DNA of 64,000 nt from Promethearchaeota archaeon (lineage in GTDB: Archaea > Asgardarchaeota > Lokiarchaeia > Sigyniarchaeales > SOKP01), in contig RDOA01000010.1 of NCBI GenBank assembly GCA_011364925.1, positions 44,216 to 108,215 on the forward strand, written 5' to 3'. Below the pieces are notes generated by a model, which saw nothing but the letters and a program-made list of their open reading frames with translations, was not told the origin of the DNA and made no database searches. How positions within the stretch are numbered: the first letter of the stretch is position 1; every line of letters begins with the position of its first letter. Below, piece by piece: positions 57,086-64,000 of this stretch. The position numbers were made by a program, and so were the translations under genes.

Positions 57086-57868
57086 TTATAATCCTACTGG
57101 ACCTTCTTGATATATTTCATAAGCTTCATCAATGGATGCATTTTCGTGCACAATCGCTCTAACTGCTTTAATCATGCCTATAGGTTTATCAGATTGAAAA
57201 ATATTCCTTCCCATGTCTACTCCAACAGCCCCAGCATTAATTGCATTCTTAGCCATTTGAAGAGCTTCTTTTTCAGGTGTCTTTTTCCCTCCAGCGATGA
57301 CTACAGGCACGGGACAAATGCCAGTAACGTTTTCAAAGTTTTCGCAATAATATGTCTTGACAAATGTAGCACCTAACTCTGCTGCCATTCTGCTAGCCAT
57401 TCCCAAGTAACGATCGTCTCGCACCATCTCTCTTCCAACGGCAGTAACCGCTAATGTAGGTATGCCGTATTCTTGCCCCCAATTAACAAGTTTGGATAAG
57501 TTCATCAAGCTTTGCTTTTCAAACTCTCCTCCAACAAAGATCGAACAAGTAATCGCTGAAACATTTAATCTTATGGCCTCTTCAATTGTTACATTGATTT
57601 CCTCGTTTGAAAGCTCTTTTAACATACTCGCTCCTGCTGATACCCGTAAAACGATTGGAACATCGAAATCAGGTGATACACAACTTCGCAACATACCACG
57701 AGTAAGCATTAAAGCGTCTGCGTACTGAAAAAGTGGGTTTAAATCGCCAAAGCATTTTAAAGAGCCTGGAATGTTTCCAAAATAACCATGATCTACAGCG
57801 AGCATAACACATCGTCCTGATTTAGGCTTTATGATTCTTGATAATCTATTTTGCATTCCCCAATCCAT
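57086..57868 (-). CDS. lsrF: LsrF-like thiolase (DhnA class I aldolase fold)
   Basis: MDWGMQNRLSRI, MLAVDHGYF, AELGA.FVKTYYC, VVIAGGKK, GVDMGRNIFQS. Confidence 0.9.
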   Translation of the reverse strand: MDWGMQNRLSRIIKPKSGRCVMLAVDHGYFGNIPGSLKCFGDLNPLFQYADALMLTRGMLRSCVSPDFDVPIVLRVSAGASMLKELSNEEINVTIEEAIRLNVSAITCSIFVGGEFEKQSLMNLSKLVNWGQEYGIPTLAVTAVGREMVRDDRYLGMASRMAAELGATFVKTYYCENFENVTGICPVPVVIAGGKKTPEKEALQMAKNAINAGAVGVDMGRNIFQSDKPIGMIKAVRAIVHENASIDEAYEIYQEGPVGL

Positions 57869-58006
57869 TTAAATATCACTTTAATCTGTTTTCATAAATA
57901 ATTTTGTTTTGTTAAAGTTTGAAAAATATAAATTTATTATCTTTTTTGTACTTTTCTCTAAAAAAGTTTAACTTAAAAGAAGAAGGATGAATGAAAAAAT
58001 GCTCTA

Positions 58007-58855
58007 TTAAATCTTAAGCCTATTGCTTAGATTCTCTGGAAATCTTCGCTTGATAAATTCCTTTATTAAATAGACTCGTTTCTTGTTTATTGTAGATACT
58101 ATCAATTTTTCTTTTAAATGTTTCATTAAATCCTTTTCACTAATTTTATTGCTGTTCTCTAAAAGCACTTTAGCGAATTCGACATCCTTAATAAATTGGT
58201 TTATGTATTGAGTTAAATACTTCAATTGCTCGTTTTTATTATTTACTCCTAAAGCGTTATCCAATATTGATTTTTCGAAGTCACAGCTTATCATCCATGG
58301 TCTTTGAAGGACTTGTTTGCGATTAGTGATTAAAAATGCGTTCGTATGAGTTTCTTTAAATGCTGTATAAAAGAAGTTTTCATTAGTAAAAACATACGAA
58401 TCGAATTCAACATCCTTTATCGCATTATCATTTCGGTACTGGAGAGGGATTAATCTATTAAACATTTCATCTAATTGTTCTAAATCGATGTTTATTTTTT
58501 CACTTCTCACGACAAAAGAAGGATAATCAAATAATTTAGCGTGGATTAAACCAACTACACAGTTAAATCCTAAAACATCAATTAATTCCTCCAATGTTAA
58601 ATCGATTATTTGCTTTGACAAGTTTCCATCTTGATCAGAAGAGACAGAAGTATCTATAATATCATATCCAACAATCGATCCCTTAGTCGATATAAATACT
58701 ATAAAATCGTGTTTAGCGCATACTGCTCCCTGTGGGACTTTAACTTTCACTGTACCAAACTTTTTTTGATGGAATAACGATGCCGGAACTTTTATTTCCT
58801 TTTCGTCTCCACATTTTGGGCATGCGACTTGAAATTCTTTCAAATCAGTACTCAT
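58007..58855 (-). CDS. Hypothetical protein with N-terminal Zn-finger (CxxC...CxxH)
   Basis: CPKC...VCAKHDF...IVGY; related to 33089-33613. Confidence 0.72.
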   Translation of the reverse strand: MSTDLKEFQVACPKCGDEKEIKVPASLFHQKKFGTVKVKVPQGAVCAKHDFIVFISTKGSIVGYDIIDTSVSSDQDGNLSKQIIDLTLEELIDVLGFNCVVGLIHAKLFDYPSFVVRSEKINIDLEQLDEMFNRLIPLQYRNDNAIKDVEFDSYVFTNENFFYTAFKETHTNAFLITNRKQVLQRPWMISCDFEKSILDNALGVNNKNEQLKYLTQYINQFIKDVEFAKVLLENSNKISEKDLMKHLKEKLIVSTINKKRVYLIKEFIKRRFPENLSNRLKI

Positions 58856-59088
58856 TCAAACCTCAACCTCAATTCTTATTTTCTTATTTGAACTATCTTA
58901 CAAGAATGAAAATTTAAATCTAAAAAATATATTCATATTTTTCTCGACAGAAATAGTAAAAAAGTTTTCTTTTAAAAATTTAAACATTTCTTCACAAGAA
59001 TTATAATTTTTGCACACACTTCAATAATAATATAAGTAAAACAGCATAATCAACTTTATAAGCATAAAACTATTAAACGCGAAAAATT

Positions 59089-59298
59089 ATGAAGATAATC
59101 GCTATAGATAATATCCTTTGCATAAAATGTAGGGATTGTGTTGAGGAATGTCCCGAAAACCTTTTTTATTCTCCTCCCACTAAAATTGGTGAGAAAAGAA
59201 AGGTTTTTTTTGAAGATCCAAACAATAAATGTACATTTTGCGGGCAATGCATTGATATTTGCCCTACTAAGGCAATACAGTTCCAAATTAAAGACTGA
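59089..59298 (+). CDS. 2[4Fe-4S] ferredoxin
   Basis: CIKCRDCVEECP and CTFCGQCIDICP. Confidence 0.9.
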   Translation: MKIIAIDNILCIKCRDCVEECPENLFYSPPTKIGEKRKVFFEDPNNKCTFCGQCIDICPTKAIQFQIKD

Positions 59299-59438
59299 AA
59301 TTTTACTTAGGTTTTATGACATTTGAGTATGTGGAATAGGAATAGCTTTTTTAACTCTGAAATTCAATAAAAGATTAAGCAATTATTTATTATTTTCTCA
59401 ACATATCCTCAAAATCTGCTATAAAGAAAGTGAAAATC

Positions 59439-60716
59439 ATGGAAATAAATATTACGCAAGAAGATTCGAAGTATATGCGGGGATTTATCCAAACTATTAT
59501 TGAAAAATGTGGTCCAAGAATGCCATGTAGCCCACAAGAGGCTCAGGGCGCTGAAATTATCAAAGAAGAATTAGGCAAAGTATGTGATGATGTAATTCTA
59601 GAACCTTTTTCATGTAATCCCCGCGCGTTTTTAGGGTACATCAAAGTTGATATTGTGTTAGTCCTCTTATCGTTTGTCTCTTTTTTCTTGATTCCACTCA
59701 ATTTGTTTAATTATTGGGGCTATGTTATGGCGTTTTTGATTTTTAGTCTCAATTTAATTTCATTCTTGATTCTATGGAACGAATTTTTTAATTATCGAGA
59801 GTTCATAGATCCTTTATTTAAATCAAAAAATTCCCAAAATGTAATCGGGAAGATTTACCCGAAAGAGGAGACTAAAAAAATTCTAGTTTTCTCCGGTCAT
59901 CACGACAGCGCGCTACAGTTTAATTTATTAACTCATTTAAAAATAGGGTATCCAATTATCATTTTTTTAGGTTTGGTTGTTATGATGATATGGTTAGTAT
60001 CATCTTTACTTATAGTACTATTAACTTTAGTTAACTTGTTTTTCTACAACAATTTTTTCCTACTCGCTTTAATCCTGTTCATACTAGGTGTCCCTGCTTT
60101 TATAGGACTCTTCTTTTTTGTTTCCTTTGGAGAAAAAGCTAACAAAGTACCGGGAGCTGTTGATAATTTAAGTGCAGTAGCAATTGTACTAGCTATAGGT
60201 AAATACTTAAAGGAAAACAAAGATTATATCCCTTCACATACAGAGATCAGGTTGATTTCTTTTGGTTGTGAAGAAGCAGGGTTACGAGGAGCTTACCGTT
60301 ATGCGAAAAACCATTTTGACGAATTAAATGAATTTAATGCAGAATGTGTAAATATGGATGGGATTCAAAGTAAAAATAATGTTTCTATTATTGATTTTGA
60401 ACCTTCTACGAGAACTAAACATTCAGAAATAGTTGTCGAAAAAATAACTCAGGCAGCAAACTCCTCAGGAATCAAAGTGAAATCCTCTGCTTTAGGAGGC
60501 TCCAATATTCTAGAGAAAGTAATTGGGCAAATAACTGGTGGAACTGATGCTACAGCGTTTTCAAAAGCAGGGATTAAAGCGGCAAGTATAACCGCAATGG
60601 ATTTGAAAAAAATGCTGAAACTGTATCACCAACCTACGGATACTTTGGATAAAATCGAAAGTGAATCTCTTGAGAGCGTATTAAAAATATGTATTGCTTA
60701 CATTCTCAGTGAATAA
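59439..60716 (+). CDS. Membrane M28-family metallopeptidase
   Basis: SGHHDS, GAVDNLSAV, GCEEAG, NMD, TDA, YHQPTD; four TM insertions. Confidence 0.9.
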   Translation: MEINITQEDSKYMRGFIQTIIEKCGPRMPCSPQEAQGAEIIKEELGKVCDDVILEPFSCNPRAFLGYIKVDIVLVLLSFVSFFLIPLNLFNYWGYVMAFLIFSLNLISFLILWNEFFNYREFIDPLFKSKNSQNVIGKIYPKEETKKILVFSGHHDSALQFNLLTHLKIGYPIIIFLGLVVMMIWLVSSLLIVLLTLVNLFFYNNFFLLALILFILGVPAFIGLFFFVSFGEKANKVPGAVDNLSAVAIVLAIGKYLKENKDYIPSHTEIRLISFGCEEAGLRGAYRYAKNHFDELNEFNAECVNMDGIQSKNNVSIIDFEPSTRTKHSEIVVEKITQAANSSGIKVKSSALGGSNILEKVIGQITGGTDATAFSKAGIKAASITAMDLKKMLKLYHQPTDTLDKIESESLESVLKICIAYILSE

Positions 60717-60769
60717 TGATAAAAAGGTAGTTTAAAGTTAGAAGAAATCGTTTTTAGAACAAATTACTT

Positions 60770-63388
60770 TTACTTTTCTCTTACCGTGAGTTTAACTAAT
60801 AAGATTCCTAAAACTGTAGGAATTATTCCTACTCCTATGATTGTGAACAATAAAAAATTTAAAACGCTGTCGAATGAACCATAGGTAAACAACCGCCCTA
60901 AACTATCGATTAAATAATGGAGAATAATGGAAGGGATTAAACTCTTAGTCTTAATGAAAAGATAACCTAAAAGAGAGCCTAAAAGTGAGGCGTAGATTAC
61001 TTGCAAGATTACTTGTATCCCTGTTAAAACCAAATCGTATCCTGCTAATATGGCTAATAAGTTAAGAAAATGGAATAACCCAAATAATATAGATACGAAA
61101 ATTATTACTTTAGTTCGAGAATATTTCCTTAAATTCATAGTAGTAAATACTCCTCTAAAAGAAACTTCTTCCCATATTCCTGGAATCAACATTAATATGA
61201 AAAGAAACCATCCATAGATGGAAACACTACGACCTGGAGTGCCAAAAATTACATCGAAATCGAGAACAAAATCCCCTAAAATATTACCTGTGATATAGGT
61301 GCTGGTGAAATAAATTATTGAACAACCAATTCCTAGAAAGATATTACGTACCAGTTTTTTATCAGTTTTTAAACCAATAGTTTTAATGTAATCCTTAATC
61401 GATTCTTTCTCATTAGGAAGACCTAATAATCGGCGAACGACATACATCCAAAGTAATGCCATTACGCTAAATGTTACGATAAAATCAACAAAAAGAATTA
61501 CTATAAAGGGGATATGTTCGATAAATGGAAGGAGTGGTAATTCAATCAACCCTGGTAGAAATAAAAACCCCGCGTATAAAGGCAAAATAATTAATGTTCC
61601 AAACAGCGGATACTTTCTCATAAGTTCTCTGATGCTTATAGTTCGTTTTTTTCCCAATACTTTTGGAAACATACTATTAAAAGAGAGTAATAATACACCT
61701 AAAGCAAGGGCTCCACCAATGAAATTTGCTAAGAACATCATGGATGGACCAAAAATTAACATTATCCCACCCATTATATTGAATGCGAAGAAAATAAGAT
61801 ATTCAACTATAATCATAACAGCCCATTTTTTAATTTTTTTCTCGGGATTCAATTCTTCTACTACAAATTTATATTTCATTCTTCCAAAGAACCTAATTTT
61901 CATTTGGAACATAGATATTAATAGCGTTAATATAACGGGATAATAAGAGATAAACGCCATTAGATAATTCCAAAAATCTGGATTTCCAATAAATAAAGTA
62001 AGAGGCAAGAAATAAGATATTGTTTGAATTGTTCCTAATAATATTAATTTCGCTTTTGCCTGGTCGCGAGTTCTTATTGGTAAGGAGGAGAGAATTGATG
62101 CTCCAGTATCTTCCATGTTTAAAAATCCTGATGTAAGCATCATAGAGATCATAGGTTGGTACATGGTAATAAGTAACCAAGTTACGATAAATCCACCTAT
62201 AAAAGATTCCCCTAATCCAGTCGGAGTGAATAGAAGAGCAATTAAAACCACCATTGGTAAAATAAAAGGCATAATTATGAACATAAAAGTCTGTATATCT
62301 CTTGTGGCAGTAGATAAATCTTTTCGCATATAAGCCTTTATGGGAGTTCTTACGTCAATAGTGACTTCAACAGATTTTTCGTGAATCTTCTTTTTAGGTT
62401 TTGCGTATTTTATCTCGAGAGATGCTGAGGAAGTAACCGTTCTCATGGCTTTTAGAGCTTTTCTATATGTAAACAATGTTAACAATGCGAAAAGAATCAT
62501 ACCGATACTAACAGTTAACCATAATGACAAAGAAAAACTTGTAGGATTTATAACCATAGTCATGAAGAATCCCGGAGCAAAAGGAAATGGTATTATTGCC
62601 ATAAAAAATTTAACACCATAAGGAACTTCTGATGATACCAATGAACTAAAAAAGCCTCCCGCAGAAATCATTACCCACTGAATTAAAAAAGAGGCAGAAA
62701 ATATTGCAATTATATAAGCCAACATAGTAAAAACGCGGATTAAGGTAGCTTTTTTAGATGCTGCCTCACTAACTTTCAATACTCTACTGATTCTTCCTGC
62801 TATCAACACAAGTATGCTAAAAGAGAAAAGCACATTTAAAATTGAAAGCATCGTAGCGATTAAAGTCAAGATTAAATCGAAAGACATAACAAATATAATA
62901 ATAGGAAATGAAAGAATCATAATGATAAGTCCTATATCCATATTATGAAGAACTGTCATGAAGCCCAGTTTCCTTAGTTTATTCTTTGAAATAGGCAAAG
63001 TTTCGTACCATCTGAAAGCATCTCCAGACATCATAGCACCAATAGGAAACATTCCAAGCATCGTAAGATAAACTACCTGCATAAAAAAGTAAGCGCCAAA
63101 GAGAATGCTACCTGGAAGTAAGACTGATTCTGGAGTAATTGATGGTTTGTTAAACGAAATTATGACTTGAATATATGTAATTATTGGTAAACCAACAGTA
63201 AAAAAAAGCATTACAGCAAAAGCGAATTTCATCGCAATTGCTTGTTGTTTTATAGCGCCTTTGTTCTTTTTATACTTTTCTAGTAGCCTTGCTTGGTTGG
63301 CCCCAGATGAAAGAACTTGCGATTCCATTACAATTTCGAGATTAGTATATTTCGCAAGTTTATAGAGTCCTAATTCCCATTTAACCAT
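60770..63388 (-). CDS. ABC exporter permease-like protein fused to a C-terminal CPBP protease
   Basis: ETLPIS, MRKDL...RD, SSLPI permease motifs; WEEVSFRG, FGLFH, ILHYLID CPBP motifs. Confidence 0.85.
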   Translation of the reverse strand: MVKWELGLYKLAKYTNLEIVMESQVLSSGANQARLLEKYKKNKGAIKQQAIAMKFAFAVMLFFTVGLPIITYIQVIISFNKPSITPESVLLPGSILFGAYFFMQVVYLTMLGMFPIGAMMSGDAFRWYETLPISKNKLRKLGFMTVLHNMDIGLIIMILSFPIIIFVMSFDLILTLIATMLSILNVLFSFSILVLIAGRISRVLKVSEAASKKATLIRVFTMLAYIIAIFSASFLIQWVMISAGGFFSSLVSSEVPYGVKFFMAIIPFPFAPGFFMTMVINPTSFSLSLWLTVSIGMILFALLTLFTYRKALKAMRTVTSSASLEIKYAKPKKKIHEKSVEVTIDVRTPIKAYMRKDLSTATRDIQTFMFIIMPFILPMVVLIALLFTPTGLGESFIGGFIVTWLLITMYQPMISMMLTSGFLNMEDTGASILSSLPIRTRDQAKAKLILLGTIQTISYFLPLTLFIGNPDFWNYLMAFISYYPVILTLLISMFQMKIRFFGRMKYKFVVEELNPEKKIKKWAVMIIVEYLIFFAFNIMGGIMLIFGPSMMFLANFIGGALALGVLLLSFNSMFPKVLGKKRTISIRELMRKYPLFGTLIILPLYAGFLFLPGLIELPLLPFIEHIPFIVILFVDFIVTFSVMALLWMYVVRRLLGLPNEKESIKDYIKTIGLKTDKKLVRNIFLGIGCSIIYFTSTYITGNILGDFVLDFDVIFGTPGRSVSIYGWFLFILMLIPGIWEEVSFRGVFTTMNLRKYSRTKVIIFVSILFGLFHFLNLLAILAGYDLVLTGIQVILQVIYASLLGSLLGYLFIKTKSLIPSIILHYLIDSLGRLFTYGSFDSVLNFLLFTIIGVGIIPTVLGILLVKLTVREK

Positions 63389-63400
63389 AGTTAAAAGTCC

Positions 63401-64000
63401 TTAATTTCTTTCGTTAAATGACTTTCTTAGCTTCTTAACTATTTCATTCACGCTAACATCTTGTTCTGTTAATCGCAAAAACACGTCTTCTAGATTAGCT
63501 CCTAATCTATCTGCCTGTTGTCGTAGCTCTTCCATAGTTCCAATACCAACTAATTTTCCTTTATTCATTATTGCGATCCGATCACATAACTCTTCTGCAA
63601 TTTCCATGATATGTGTCGAAAACAGCACTGCGCCACCATTTTCGATATGAATATCCAAAATTTCTTTTACAACTTTAACAGACTTCGCATCAAGACCAGA
63701 TAAAGGTTCGTCCATGATGAGTAAATCTGGATCATGCAAAATTGCTGAAATAAGCTGAATTTTCTGTTTATTTCCATGGGATAAAGTTGCAACTAGTTGT
63801 TCATAGTACTCTAAAGCTTCTAAACTCTCCAAGTATTCTTGGGCACGTTTTGAGGTTTCCTCGGCATTTAAGTTACGTATTGAGGCAATAAAATTGAACA
63901 AGTCTTTAGGTGTAAGGGATTTAAAAATTAGGGGTTCCTCACTAACATATCCAGTTCGACGTTTTATTTCTACTTCTTCTATTTCGGGATTTAATCCCAT
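63401..64000 (-). CDS. ABC transporter ATP-binding protein (5'-truncated by the window edge)
   Basis: LSHGNKQK, MDEPLSGLD, STH; Walker A lies outside the window. Confidence 0.9.
   Translation of the reverse strand: MGLNPEIEEVEIKRRTGYVSEEPLIFKSLTPKDLFNFIASIRNLNAEETSKRAQEYLESLEALEYYEQLVATLSHGNKQKIQLISAILHDPDLLIMDEPLSGLDAKSVKVVKEILDIHIENGGAVLFSTHIMEIAEELCDRIAIMNKGKLVGIGTMEELRQQADRLGANLEDVFLRLTEQDVSVNEIVKKLRKSFNERN

Overview
AT-rich archaeal chromosome window, most likely from an Asgard archaeon (Lokiarchaeia-like). That assignment is inferred from the archaeal histone, Ftr, archaeal Hsp20, longin/uDENN-like proteins, PCI-like winged helices and lineage-typical Zn-finger proteins. About 45 protein genes are present, mostly metabolic, redox and membrane functions. 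No transposase, integrase, rRNA or CRISPR array was recognised. Main results: (1) a 30-nt bulge-helix-bulge (BHB) intron at 22438-22467 interrupts a protein-coding gene. It carries the in-frame stop that splits a FAD-linked oxidoreductase into two ORF-track ORFs, and canonical endonuclease cleavage restores a 494-aa protein. (2) A tRNA-His(GUG) at 52779-52937 (minus strand) is split by three non-canonical BHB introns (22/23, 32/33, 45/46). Together these suggest the tRNA-splicing machinery also processes mRNA in this organism. (3) A six-gene ABC-2 exporter operon carries unusual fusions: prenyltransferase-repeat ectodomain-TM-ATPase, UBC/RWD-like domain plus dead ATPase, and longin plus 4 TM. 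(4) A cluster holds a GDE2-like phosphodiesterase, a giant PCI/coiled-coil membrane protein and a legumain/GPI8-family peptidase. (5) Several genes probably start at ATA/ATT/ATC. All family calls come from motif recognition by eye; no database searches were run.
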